DNA of 64,000 nucleotides. Source: Syntrophomonadaceae bacterium. Its GTDB lineage: Bacteria > Bacillota > Dethiobacteria > DTU022. The translations under genes and the position numbers were made by a program. The notes under the pieces are model-generated. The model did not search any database. It had not been told where the DNA came from and saw nothing but the letters and a program-made list of their open reading frames with translations. This document shows, piece after piece, positions 49,166 to 59,425 of this stretch. The stretch covers positions 1,016 to 65,015 of the forward strand of contig SKMK01000024.1 of NCBI GenBank assembly GCA_007121075.1, written 5' to 3'. Each line of letters starts with the position of its first letter. The stretch's first letter is position 1.

Positions 49166-50914
49166 ATTAAATATGCGGACTTAATCTGCCAGGCCAGAGA
49201 TGAAATAAGGAATAACGGACCTGTTATTGATGATATCAGGAGCGAGGCGGTAAAGCTTGGTACCAGCATCAAAATAGGGCGGACCGCCTTTTTTGATGAA
49301 ATGGGAGTATCATCGGAACTTGAATATAAAAGGCAGGCCATGAAAGAGAAACGGATCATGGTTCATGCCCATATTGGAATGAGCAGTTGGGAGGCGACAG
49401 CCGAGGCCCTGAAAAAACTGTATTTTGAGGCAAAGGAAAGGGGCGTCCAGGTAGACCGTTACGGGTTGTGCCTGGACCGGAGAATGGGGTTACCGCGGCA
49501 ACTGCGTCGCAGGGTCCCTGCAGAAACAGGACCAACCCTGGAAAACCCGGAAGACTGGTTGGAAGTAGCCAATCTGGTCCCGATCCAGCCTCACCTGGGA
49601 GACTCGATGATCGGGTTTCCAGCTTCGGCAGAAAACACTCTGCTGGCCCTGCAGGCCGGGGTAACCACAATCGGGAACCTTTCCCAGTATTTTTCAATGC
49701 AGGCGCCGATGTGGCGTGACCAGCTTGAAACCGCCGTGGAAACAGTTAAGGCCATGGCCATCATCGGGTTGTTGAGAGAAAAGGGCACCTTGCTCCATTC
49801 CTACCTGGAAGACGGGCTCGGAGCTCTGTTTTATGATTGTGCCACGGTAGCCGGATGGGCCATGCTGGAAAAGTACCTGGCGGAAGAGTTGCTGGGGACA
49901 AAACTGACCCACTGTAATGGAGGGTTAACTTCTGATCCGGTTAAAAGAGCCGGATGGATTTTTGCTCTTGATCAGATTCATGACCACGACTGCATCGGCT
50001 CCATGTTTTACGGGGATACCATCTCTTTCACAGATGATTTTGAATGGAACCGGGGGATGGTGGCCGAATATATGCTTTGGGATGCCATGGCCCAGGTGGC
50101 CTGCCCCACCGGGCATGCACTTCATCCTTTGCCGGTCACGGAAGCGGTCCGTGTCCCTTCAGGCGATGAAATACTGGACATCCATATTTTTGCCCGCCGG
50201 GTAATCGGGACGGCCGAAAAAACTGCTCCTTACATCGATTTCAGTAGATCCCGCGAGTTTGCCGCGCGAATGGTAAACGGGGGGAAAGAAGTGTTCCGCA
50301 ATGCCCTTGACGGTTTGCAGGAAGCGGGGGTTGATACCCGGAACCCGCTGGAAATGCTTTATGTCCTTAAACAGCTCGGGGCGGCGGCTTTTGAAGAGCT
50401 GTTTGGGGCCGGCAAACCGGGTGAAGGTTTTCCCAGGGGCAGGGTACCCGTGATTCCCACTGATGTATTTGAACATACAAAGGCCAATCAAAAAAAGCTG
50501 TGGAAACAACTATCACCGGAAATGCTTGGCAAAGCCAGTAGCAAATTATTTGTTCTTGCCTCCACCGACGTGCATGAACATGCCCTTTTCCTGCTTCACC
50601 AGCTTTTACAGCAGGCCGGTGCTGATGTAATTAATCTCGGCCCGGAAATGAATACCGACCAGATCGCTGCGGCAGCGGGACAGTACGACCCCCATGCCCT
50701 GGTGGTCAGCACCCATAATGGGATGGCCCTGGAATATGCACAGAATTTAAAGAAGGAGCTCCAGCAATTAAACTGCCGCGCTCCGGTATTTTTCGGGGGC
50801 AAGTTGAATCAAAAACTCGAAGATCGGGTAATGCCGGTAGACGTGAAAGATGAAATCAAGGAGCTCGGCTTTTACCCCTGCCAAGAAATAAGTGATTTAT
50901 TCTTGCTTTTATAG
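49166..50914 (+). CDS. Uncharacterised cobalamin-dependent protein (large catalytic domain + C-terminal B12-binding domain)
   Basis: STDVHEHA, VINLG, VSTHNG, FFGG; start ATT 49166 (RBS GAGGAGG) or ATG 49301. Confidence 0.8.
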   Translation: MKYADLICQARDEIRNNGPVIDDIRSEAVKLGTSIKIGRTAFFDEMGVSSELEYKRQAMKEKRIMVHAHIGMSSWEATAEALKKLYFEAKERGVQVDRYGLCLDRRMGLPRQLRRRVPAETGPTLENPEDWLEVANLVPIQPHLGDSMIGFPASAENTLLALQAGVTTIGNLSQYFSMQAPMWRDQLETAVETVKAMAIIGLLREKGTLLHSYLEDGLGALFYDCATVAGWAMLEKYLAEELLGTKLTHCNGGLTSDPVKRAGWIFALDQIHDHDCIGSMFYGDTISFTDDFEWNRGMVAEYMLWDAMAQVACPTGHALHPLPVTEAVRVPSGDEILDIHIFARRVIGTAEKTAPYIDFSRSREFAARMVNGGKEVFRNALDGLQEAGVDTRNPLEMLYVLKQLGAAAFEELFGAGKPGEGFPRGRVPVIPTDVFEHTKANQKKLWKQLSPEMLGKASSKLFVLASTDVHEHALFLLHQLLQQAGADVINLGPEMNTDQIAAAAGQYDPHALVVSTHNGMALEYAQNLKKELQQLNCRAPVFFGGKLNQKLEDRVMPVDVKDEIKELGFYPCQEISDLFLLL

Positions 50915-50950
50915 AAATTGATCAAGAAGCTTTAACGGGGGGTGTAAGGG

Positions 50951-52093
50951 ATGGCTGATAAAATAACCACAGATAACAGTTTGGTCGGTTTGGCCGGTGA
51001 AGGGGCCGGTAATTACCGGGCAGCTGTATTTCCCGGGAAATACCTGCAGGGTCCCGGTATCCTGGCTCTGACCGGCACTGCTGCTGCTGAACTGGGCGGA
51101 AAGTCCCTTCTGGTAGGAGGGAAAAAGGCTCTTGCCGAAAGTTACGCTCAGATAAAAAATGCCCTTGATGAGAAAAGTATCATCCATGAAACTTTTCCTT
51201 TTGGCGGTGAATCCACAGAAAGGGAAATAGAAGCTGTGGCCGGACAGGCCAGGAGGAGTGGAGCAGAAATGATTATCGGCATCGGCGGCGGGAAAGCAAT
51301 TGATACGGCCAAGGCTGCCGCCTGCCAGGCCGGGGTCAAGGTTATGATTGTTCCCACCGTGGCGTCCACGGATGCTCCAACCAGCACCATTTCCGTTATC
51401 CATGACGAAGCAGGCCAATTTATAAAATATTACCGGGCTGGAAGGAACCCCGATGTGGTTATTGTCGATACCAGGGTTCTGGCCCGTGCCCCGTCACGTT
51501 TCTTATGTGCCGGTACCGGTGGCGCCCTGGCGGTCAGCTATGAAGCTGAAGCTTCGGCAAAAGCAGGCGCATTGAATATGGCCGGGGGATTGCCTTTTGG
51601 CGCTGTTACCGGGTGGGCCGTTTTAAGCAGGGAACTAATTTTCAAGTACGCCGGGATGGCTAAATTGTCGGCTGACCGGGATCTGGTCACACCTGCTCTT
51701 GAATCGGTCGTAGAAGCAAACCTGCTCTTGAGCGGGATCGGATTTGAAAGCGGAGGGTTGGCGGCGGCCCATGGCGTATACCACGGTTTCCGTTCTGCTG
51801 TTCCCGGGTTGAAGTGCCTGCACGGCGAGGTGGTAGCGTTTGGGACCCTGGTCCAGCTGGTTTTGGAAAACCGTGATGAAGCAGAAATACGCCCGGTGAT
51901 CGACCTTTATGAGGGTTTGAATCTGCCTTCCAGCCTCGATCAGCTTGGGCTTGCCGATCCCGGCCCGGAACTATTACAAGAAGTGGCCCGCTATGCCTGC
52001 GAGGCGGGGACCACTAAGAATATGCCCTTTGCGGTGGACAGCAGCATGATGTTAGAGGCAATCTTGTTTGCCGATGCCTTTAACAGGGTTTGA
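50951..52093 (+). CDS. Glycerol dehydrogenase (GldA)-like protein
   Basis: FPGKYLQG, GGGKAIDTAK, PTVASTDAP, LAAAH, HGEVVAFG. Confidence 0.88.
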   Translation: MADKITTDNSLVGLAGEGAGNYRAAVFPGKYLQGPGILALTGTAAAELGGKSLLVGGKKALAESYAQIKNALDEKSIIHETFPFGGESTEREIEAVAGQARRSGAEMIIGIGGGKAIDTAKAAACQAGVKVMIVPTVASTDAPTSTISVIHDEAGQFIKYYRAGRNPDVVIVDTRVLARAPSRFLCAGTGGALAVSYEAEASAKAGALNMAGGLPFGAVTGWAVLSRELIFKYAGMAKLSADRDLVTPALESVVEANLLLSGIGFESGGLAAAHGVYHGFRSAVPGLKCLHGEVVAFGTLVQLVLENRDEAEIRPVIDLYEGLNLPSSLDQLGLADPGPELLQEVARYACEAGTTKNMPFAVDSSMMLEAILFADAFNRV

Positions 52094-52984
52094 TCCAAGA
52101 TGGTCCAGGATATGGCGGCGTAATTCCATAGAAGAAGCGGAGCCGGTAACGTGTCCCTTTTCAATTACCTTCACCGGTATATTATTCCCGTAGGATGTTT
52201 TTTGCCTTTCAAAGCGGATCAGTTGGTCATATCGAGCCAGCAGGGGAAAAACCTTATTTCCCCCGGCGGAGAAGCATTTTTCAAAATTGAGGGCGTTTTC
52301 CAGTGCTGCCGGGTTACTCAAGGCTAAGCGGTCTGTCAGATTGCGGTAAACCGAACGGGTAAAAACATCAGCGGGGACGATTCCGGCCAAAAGCGGAATA
52401 TAAGTGTCGGCGGTGTTGAATAAAGCGCAGTGGAGGTTTGTAACCCAACCTCCAAGGCTGATTCCGCTCACTATAATTCGGGTGTCTTTTCCCGCGGCAT
52501 ACTGCCTGAGGGCTTCGATCATTTTAACCGATACCATCATCAAAGTGGTAAAAGTTGACAGGCGACCCATCTGTTCAAGATAGAGCCTGAAAGAGCGGTG
52601 GAAGGGGGCCCTGATCAGGATCAGGTTGGCCGGGAAAAGTTTTCCTGCGGACAGGAAAATATCATGGAAAGTATTCCTGGCTAACAAACTGCGGTTAAAG
52701 GGCCGTTCGTTATTACCGTGATGGTAAATTACCGTAGGGTAATCTTTGCCCATCCACCTGACCAGGTGAAAAGCGGGATCTAATTCCCCAATAGGTGTCC
52801 GGGCCGGTACTTCATAGTATCCCTCCCCGTGTACCTGCGGCCATTTCAGGGTGATGGAATCCAAAATATCCTCGTATGGAGGGCTTTCCAGGCTTTCCCG
52901 AAACAACTTATTTCTCCAGAAAATAATTGAAGCTAAATATACGGGCAGGGTGTCAATTAAAACGTGCAGGTTCAAAACCACCAC
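52052..52984 (-). CDS. Alpha/beta hydrolase-fold protein
   Basis: HHG, GISLGG nucleophile elbow, GH. Confidence 0.7.
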   Translation of the reverse strand: MVVLNLHVLIDTLPVYLASIIFWRNKLFRESLESPPYEDILDSITLKWPQVHGEGYYEVPARTPIGELDPAFHLVRWMGKDYPTVIYHHGNNERPFNRSLLARNTFHDIFLSAGKLFPANLILIRAPFHRSFRLYLEQMGRLSTFTTLMMVSVKMIEALRQYAAGKDTRIIVSGISLGGWVTNLHCALFNTADTYIPLLAGIVPADVFTRSVYRNLTDRLALSNPAALENALNFEKCFSAGGNKVFPLLARYDQLIRFERQKTSYGNNIPVKVIEKGHVTGSASSMELRRHILDHLGSNPVKGIGKQDCL

Positions 52985-53071
52985 TCCTCCAGGACATTAT
53001 GGATCAGGGCCGGGGCCTGGTTTAACTTTGCTTTATGATTTTTTGATTGTCCAGTTTATTTATCACTTTTG

Positions 53072-54115
53072 TTAAATGGATCCGGTATTCAGGTCCAGGG
53101 GGTCGGTTTTGTTTAAAAATGAAGCCAACAGATCAATAGCCGCCTCCAGGTCATTTCGGTTGACCATTTCATTTACTGTATGGATATAGCGGCAGGGGAC
53201 GGAAAGGGTGGCTACAGGGATTCCGGTCCGGCTGAGCTGGATACTCCCGGCGTCGGTGCCGCCCCGCGGGAGTATTTCCATTTGATGTTTAATATTTTCA
53301 CTGCGGGCTATTTCCCGGAGGCGTTTTACCAGGTTGTGATCGGATATAGAGGCAGAGTCCATTATTTTGATGGCCACGCCTTCACCGAGCCTGGTTACGT
53401 ATTCCGGTTCTTCCCCGCCTGGATAATCGGCAGCCAGGGTTACGTCCAGGGCAATTCCTAAATCCGGGACGATCCCAAAAGATGAAGTCAGCGCTCCGCG
53501 TAGGCCGACTTCTTCCTGGACGGTAGCTACCATGTAGATATCTGCCCGGTGCTGCTGAATTTTTTTTATAGCTTCCAGCATTACCAGGACTCCGGCCCGA
53601 TCATCCATCGCTTTGGAACTGTAATTATTCCCGATCCGGGCGAACTCCTGACGGAGGCTTACCGGGTCGCCTATCTCGACTTTTTCCTTGACCTGTTCAT
53701 GGGGCAAACCCAGATCGACAAAAAAGTCCTTGATCTGAAGCTGTTTTTTCTTTTCTTCTTCGGTGAGGATATGAACGGGTTTGGTAGAGGGGGAAAGGTT
53801 GCCAATCAGGTCTACCTTTCCGTGAACGATCACCCGCCGGCCCATGAGCATGCGGGGATCAAAACCTCCTACCGGCTGCAGCCGGACGAAACCTTTATCA
53901 TCGATATATTTAACCAGGAATCCGATCTCATCCATGTGAGCGGCCAGCATGATCTTACCCTGGCCGGAACCTTTCTTTAAACCGATCAGGTTGCCCAGGG
54001 CATCGGAGCGGACCTCATCGCAGCTGGCTTCCATCTCTTTTCTGATCACTTCCCTGATCCTTTCTTCTCTTCCTGCAACACCGGGGGTTTGGGTTAGCAG
54101 TTCCAACAATTTCAT
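53072..54115 (-). CDS. M42 aminopeptidase
   Basis: AAHMDEIG, DDRAG, TVQEEVGLRGA, GGTDAG, RYIH. Confidence 0.93.
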   Translation of the reverse strand: MKLLELLTQTPGVAGREERIREVIRKEMEASCDEVRSDALGNLIGLKKGSGQGKIMLAAHMDEIGFLVKYIDDKGFVRLQPVGGFDPRMLMGRRVIVHGKVDLIGNLSPSTKPVHILTEEEKKKQLQIKDFFVDLGLPHEQVKEKVEIGDPVSLRQEFARIGNNYSSKAMDDRAGVLVMLEAIKKIQQHRADIYMVATVQEEVGLRGALTSSFGIVPDLGIALDVTLAADYPGGEEPEYVTRLGEGVAIKIMDSASISDHNLVKRLREIARSENIKHQMEILPRGGTDAGSIQLSRTGIPVATLSVPCRYIHTVNEMVNRNDLEAAIDLLASFLNKTDPLDLNTGSI

Positions 54116-54403
54116 GAAGATTCCACCTTTCCAAATAGATAACATTACAATTAGTATATGTGAAGATCTGCTGTGATGCAAAACGGTACAAAGAAAGGCC
54201 TGTTTGATTTTGATTACAACGGTATGCTTCGATTTAATCAGCAGAAACATAAAAGCCCGTTGAAGTGTTAAGCGAATATTTGTTTCCGGAACGAGGACTT
54301 AAAAAATTTACCCGCCAGCTATTGACTCAGTGGTTTCACATTGTAGCTTTAAGATAGCTAAGAATTTTGCTATAATTATAATATAAACAGTAGGAGAGAT
54401 ATA

Positions 54404-55063
54404 TTGATGAATGAAATGGACAGAAGCATGAAAGGTTGCCTGAAAAACATACCGGGTTATATAAATTATCTCTGCCGGGGTTACTATGTGCCAAAAGAAC
54501 TGAAAGAAGCAATGGCAGCAGAAGAAGATGTTATTCTGCATTTAAGCGATACTCCTTCTTATGCGTACCGTTCGGTTGTAACCCTGGTCGATATTTTAAA
54601 ACCGCGGATTATCATTCACACCGGCGACCTGGCTGATGATATAAAGCTGGAACTATATCCCGACCTTTCATTCAGGTACAGGGAAAAAGTGGTGCCCTTT
54701 TTGCGGGAGCTTGAGAAATCCGCTGCGGGGGAAATTTACATTGTACCCGGTAATCATGACCTGAAAAGCTTGCTAGATAAAGAAGCCGGCAGGAGCCGGA
54801 TTGTTCCCGATGGCACGGTGATTGAAATCCAGGATCGGAAGGTGGGGCTTGCTCACTGCCAGGAAGATCTGCCCCCGGGAGGAGACTACAACCTCTACGG
54901 GCATAATTTGGACAGTCCGGCCGATGGAAATTCCTGCACTTTAAACGGCTGCCGGAGTATCAACATTATCCTCTACCCATCGTGGCGGGTTTACCATATT
55001 CCTTATCCCGTGGGAACCAACCACGAGAGACAGTACAACCTTACGAGCGGACGACTGCTTTAA
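54404..55063 (+). CDS. Metallophosphoesterase
   Basis: LSDT, HTGDLAD, PGNHD, AH, YGH. Confidence 0.88.
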   Translation: MMNEMDRSMKGCLKNIPGYINYLCRGYYVPKELKEAMAAEEDVILHLSDTPSYAYRSVVTLVDILKPRIIIHTGDLADDIKLELYPDLSFRYREKVVPFLRELEKSAAGEIYIVPGNHDLKSLLDKEAGRSRIVPDGTVIEIQDRKVGLAHCQEDLPPGGDYNLYGHNLDSPADGNSCTLNGCRSINIILYPSWRVYHIPYPVGTNHERQYNLTSGRLL

Positions 55064-55104
55064 TATATTAGACATGTATGAAAAGTAAAGGTGGAATTTA
55101 GCCA

Positions 55105-56139
55105 ATGATTTTGGTGCGAACCGGTCCCCGCTTTCTTTTCCTCAGGAACAGTGACCGAGAACAGCTATTAGGGTTGCTGGAAAAGGAGTACTCATCTACA
55201 AGGAAACCCCTTGATCAGGCCATTGAAGAAAGCAGTGAAGGGGATACAATCATCTTCGTTCTGGAAAAAGACGAGGAGAAGGAGCAGATAAGCGGTTCCA
55301 CATCCGTTCTGCTGACGGACATCGGCTCATCCCCCCTCCTGGTATCCATGATTAATAAAAAACACCTGCAGGAAAATATCGAAGAAGCGGAACTGGGGCC
55401 GGGCCTGCTGGTGATGAAAGCTCCCCCACCGGGTGAGACGATCCTGGAAAAAGTGCGAAAAGAATATGATGCCCTTTCCATCCCCTTGAAAGAAGCAATT
55501 ATGAAAGGACACTCCGACTGGAGTGTGGTCTGTTTTACCGGCTGCCCCCTTTCAAGGTCTTTGAGCACATCCGATCTGCTGGACGATACCCTGCTTATTA
55601 AAAAAAGCGTGCCGGATTTGTACCAGGAATTGAGACGCCAGGCAGTCAAGTATTTGACCGAGGAACTGGAAGAGGGAGAATGGCGGGAATTTAAAATCAA
55701 CATTTATGATTACTGGGGACGTTACAACCTCCAGCACGAGCGGATCACCACTGTAATTGAAGACCTGGAAATCGGGTTTATCCTTGGTGAAATTTGGTCG
55801 CTCGATCATCCTTTTGTGCTGATGTCTGTCCCTGTATTCCAGATCCAGCTTTTTTCTTACATGAATCCCAAGGAAGTTAAAAGAATCTTGATGGCGCTGG
55901 AATATGACGAACAAGGCAAACGGCTTGTCGATTTTGATCTTTATTTCCAAAAGAAAAAAGTAGAATGGGGTGGAGTTGAAAAAGGCAGGCAAACGAACCG
56001 TATAGATGTTGCCCTGTCCTACAGGGAAAAGTACATGTCAATGCTTACTGCTGATAGCAGAGAGAAGCTGGCCCGCTTAGAGCAAACCCTGCATGAATGT
56101 GAAGAAAAAGAAAAGTGCGAACAAGAGGAAAACAAGTAA
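55105..56139 (+). CDS. Hypothetical protein
   Basis: 344-aa ORF co-oriented 41 bp after the metallophosphoesterase. Confidence 0.75.
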   Translation: MILVRTGPRFLFLRNSDREQLLGLLEKEYSSTRKPLDQAIEESSEGDTIIFVLEKDEEKEQISGSTSVLLTDIGSSPLLVSMINKKHLQENIEEAELGPGLLVMKAPPPGETILEKVRKEYDALSIPLKEAIMKGHSDWSVVCFTGCPLSRSLSTSDLLDDTLLIKKSVPDLYQELRRQAVKYLTEELEEGEWREFKINIYDYWGRYNLQHERITTVIEDLEIGFILGEIWSLDHPFVLMSVPVFQIQLFSYMNPKEVKRILMALEYDEQGKRLVDFDLYFQKKKVEWGGVEKGRQTNRIDVALSYREKYMSMLTADSREKLARLEQTLHECEEKEKCEQEENK

Positions 56140-56296
56140 CCAAATAGCCTGTACCTCAAAAAATCGCGATCTTGCTTTGTTGTAATAAATGTTCGTTTAT
56201 TTCCCCGTGATTGCTCCTGGATTTAATTGTGATTGATTTATTAGCCCCGCTTATAGCGGTCTCAATTACCGGCAATAAAAACAGGGTAGCTCTATT

Positions 56297-56968
56297 TTAA
56301 AAGCCCCGGGTTTGGCCCTGCCATGGCGGTTCTTTTTCGGCCTGAAACTCTTCCACACCGGGCCCACCCAGGCGACGCAACCGCCAGATCCCATAAATAT
56401 AGCTTAAAACCAGGACCACGATAATGACCGGCCAGCCCAGGAGGGCATTAACCCAGGCCAGCCTGGCCGGATCTCCACTTTGAAACAAGATGATCTGGAT
56501 GATCAGCCGGATCAGAATCAGAGCTGTCCAGAACAGGGTCACTTCCAGGTAAGCCGGTTTGACATCCCGGCGCCAGAACCACTCCAGGGGCCATCCCCGG
56601 GTGAGATGACTGGCCCAGGCGGCAAGCGGTTTGCCAGCAGTAATACTTCCCAGGGCCAGGGTTAAGAGAAGGGCACTGCCGGCAATGGCCGGAATAAAAT
56701 AGCCTGCTGCGCTGCGGGTCAGGTAAGCTAACCCGGAAGCAAGGGAAACTCCCACCAGGCCGCCCAGGGCATACATCCAGGTATGCTTGCGAATAATCCG
56801 GATTACTCCCAGCATGATGGCCAACCCCAGGGCCGTGACTACCGCAGCGTCAAGTCCGAAGAAGCCGTTGATCAGAACAAACACAAGTGGTGGCAAAAGG
56901 GCGTCAAAAGTCTGGCCCGATACCACCGATTTCAATTCTTCAAGGATTTCACTTTGTTTTATTCCCAA
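56297..56968 (-). CDS. DUF3159-like membrane protein
   Basis: DALLPPLVF, PAYLEVTLFW, LGWP; about 6 TM. Confidence 0.75.
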   Translation of the reverse strand: MGIKQSEILEELKSVVSGQTFDALLPPLVFVLINGFFGLDAAVVTALGLAIMLGVIRIIRKHTWMYALGGLVGVSLASGLAYLTRSAAGYFIPAIAGSALLLTLALGSITAGKPLAAWASHLTRGWPLEWFWRRDVKPAYLEVTLFWTALILIRLIIQIILFQSGDPARLAWVNALLGWPVIIVVLVLSYIYGIWRLRRLGGPGVEEFQAEKEPPWQGQTRGF

Positions 56969-57379
56969 GGTAATATTCCTTTTGCTAGATTTATCTACCT
57001 ACAGTTATGGCGTAATATTAGCAAAAACTTCTCTAACGGTCAAAAAAGGGTGGAAGGTCCACTGAGTCAATAAAAATTTACTCACATTGGAAGGACTATT
57101 TTCATAAAGAAAGGGGTTATATAATTCTCAGCCAGATGGCCAAGAGTGTCCTTTCCTGGCTGGTTTTGTTGCTGTAAAGCAGCTTTAGCAAAAGATGTAA
57201 GGGCATGGAAGAAATGTTGGTCATGCCCTCTTGTGATCCAGGGTTTGATTAATTTGTATTTAGTGTTAGAATATAGAAACCATTATTTTACTAAAACCAG
57301 AGTGGCAATCACCTCCGGCAGCGTCCGGCCAGTTTTTAAGATCTAGAAGGAAAGATTTTCGCCCTGGAAGGGACAGCTG

Positions 57380-58513
57380 ATGATCAAACTTAGACTGGTG
57401 GTTATAATTCTAACAGCGGCCCTGCTTCTAATCCCTGTTTTTTCCGTGGCGGCGGATGAAGACTACCCGGTTATGACCCGGGAAGAATTTGATAACTGGC
57501 CAGAGCTGCCTGAATATACCATTTTCAATCCATTTCCCTCCAAAGGTACCAACTGCACCTGGTATGGCCATGGCCGGATGATGCAGCTGGGGTACTGCCC
57601 TTATGCCCTGGACAGCATGCGCTTCAGCGCTTACCGGTGGGCCGACGATGCGGATAGGGGAGCGGAGGTTGTTGAAGAACCGGTAGCAGGCTCGATCGCT
57701 TTTTGGGATAGCGAAGCCTCATTTGGCGGTTCGCTGGGGCACGTGGGCGTGGTTGAAAAAATTAAAGAAGACGGTTCAATCCTGGTTTCTGATTCAAGCA
57801 GTTCACGAAGTGCTTACAACCTGTTCTCGATTGACCCGGATGACAGGAGATGGCCGACAGCCTTTATTACGGTCCCTGAAGGCCCGGGGCGGTCTCAAAA
57901 ATTTTCACCGCAAGAAACAGTCCGGACTACTGCCGTTAACCTTTATTTCCGTCTGGAAGGGGTGGACCAGGATCCGGTTTTAGTACCGCAACACACGGAA
58001 GCATTAATTAAGGCACATCCAAGTAACGGTATTTTCGCATCGCAGGCCTGGAGCACTTCTTCATATCACTACTGGTGGTATGCATCGGTGGAAATTGAAG
58101 GGGAACTAAAAAACGGCTGGCTGGCCGAAACATACCTGGAATTTTTCGCTGCCCCTGACCCGGAACAAAATCAGGATGAAAAGGATTCCGAAAAAAATCC
58201 AAAAGATGGGTCTGGCCATGAAGAGGAAAACACCCCAAAAGATATTGATGAAAATGACGAAGCGAAAAATATCCCGGAAGATGCTGATAAAAATGAAGAA
58301 AATTCCTTCCCGGAACCGAATCAAATTCCGGGCGATATTGACGGCGATGGTAACGTAGATGTCCTGGATGTAACCCTGGCCATGCAGCATGTCCTGAACA
58401 TAGTGGATTTAACCGGGAAACAGGTGGAAGCCGCCGACCTGAATGGTGACGGCATCGTTGATGTGCGGGATGTGGTTCTGATTATGCAGCAGGCCCTGGG
58501 GTTAAACGGTTGA
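57380..58513 (+). CDS. Secreted CHAP-domain protein with C-terminal dockerin
   Basis: NCTWY, GHVGVVE; acidic linker; GDIDGDGNVDVLD / ADLNGDGIVDVRD. Confidence 0.88.
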   Translation: MIKLRLVVIILTAALLLIPVFSVAADEDYPVMTREEFDNWPELPEYTIFNPFPSKGTNCTWYGHGRMMQLGYCPYALDSMRFSAYRWADDADRGAEVVEEPVAGSIAFWDSEASFGGSLGHVGVVEKIKEDGSILVSDSSSSRSAYNLFSIDPDDRRWPTAFITVPEGPGRSQKFSPQETVRTTAVNLYFRLEGVDQDPVLVPQHTEALIKAHPSNGIFASQAWSTSSYHYWWYASVEIEGELKNGWLAETYLEFFAAPDPEQNQDEKDSEKNPKDGSGHEEENTPKDIDENDEAKNIPEDADKNEENSFPEPNQIPGDIDGDGNVDVLDVTLAMQHVLNIVDLTGKQVEAADLNGDGIVDVRDVVLIMQQALGLNG

Positions 58514-58656
58514 GTCATTAAAGCATAAGGCAACCAGCCAGGAAATGTAATGTGTACAAAAAAAGAAGCCCGATTTTACGGGCTTTAAGCTTCTATCCTA
58601 AACTATGGGGAGGGATAGATATATTGATGATAGCTTTTATGCCATCTAATTTATGA

Positions 58657-59265
58657 TTAATTTCCCGGATTTCCGGGTTTTCCTGCACCTTCGGGACGGC
58701 CCCTGTTGCTATTATTTCCGGCGCCGGCGCTGTTATTGGCATTCCTGGCTGCTTCGGAAACACTCTGTCCAAACTCTGCTCCATTGTCACGCGCTTGACT
58801 GGCAACTGCCTGGCCGAAAGCTTTTCCATCTTCCGGGGTTAATTCTTCTTCTCCGGTCAAAGCTTCGTGGACTGCCTTAGCAACTTCCGACCGCTCATTG
58901 CCATTATCGCCTTCGTTCTGAGCTTTGGCAGCTTCCCGGGCCGCTTCCGAAACTAACTCACCCAGGTTGATCTCCTCGTCTTGAGCTCTTGCCGATACTT
59001 TTTCTCCGAAAGTGGTGTCCAGATCTTTGGGGGACGTGGCATCTCCGCTGAGGGCATTATGGACGGCTTCTGAAACAGAGAGTGGTTCTTCCTCAGCCCC
59101 GTATTCATTTTCTTCGTTGGGGTCAGTTTCATCCTCTTCAGGATTAGTAGCATCGGTCTCAGCGTTCAAACCAAACACTCCTGTCGCTGGAGAATACCCG
59201 GCAAAGGCAATCCCGCTGCCGGCTAAAACAACAATTAACAGTGCAATAATTAATGTTTTGCTCAT
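58657..59265 (-). CDS. Secreted acidic repeat protein
   Basis: Signal peptide AFA; two ~50-aa repeats; G/N/P-rich tail. Confidence 0.82.
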   Translation of the reverse strand: MSKTLIIALLIVVLAGSGIAFAGYSPATGVFGLNAETDATNPEEDETDPNEENEYGAEEEPLSVSEAVHNALSGDATSPKDLDTTFGEKVSARAQDEEINLGELVSEAAREAAKAQNEGDNGNERSEVAKAVHEALTGEEELTPEDGKAFGQAVASQARDNGAEFGQSVSEAARNANNSAGAGNNSNRGRPEGAGKPGNPGN

Positions 59266-59338
59266 GGTTCGATCTGCCTCCTTATTAAGTCAGGGCCAAA
59301 CTTAGTGCCACGGGATTTAATGCCGGTTGAAAACCAGA

Positions 59339-59425
59339 TTCGGCAGCCTGGCGATCCTGGTTCGTTTCCAAACTGTAGACCCATGGCTTTGCGCGCTTTC
59401 CTTTCGGAAAAGTTGCCTTTATCGT
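59339..59425 (-). ncRNA. c-di-GMP-I (GEMM) riboswitch
   Basis: GATAAAGGCAA..TTCCGAAAGGAA..CGCAAAGCC..GGTCTA..GCCAGGCTGCCGAA; promoter TTGACA-17-TATTAT at 59479-59451. Confidence 0.85.
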
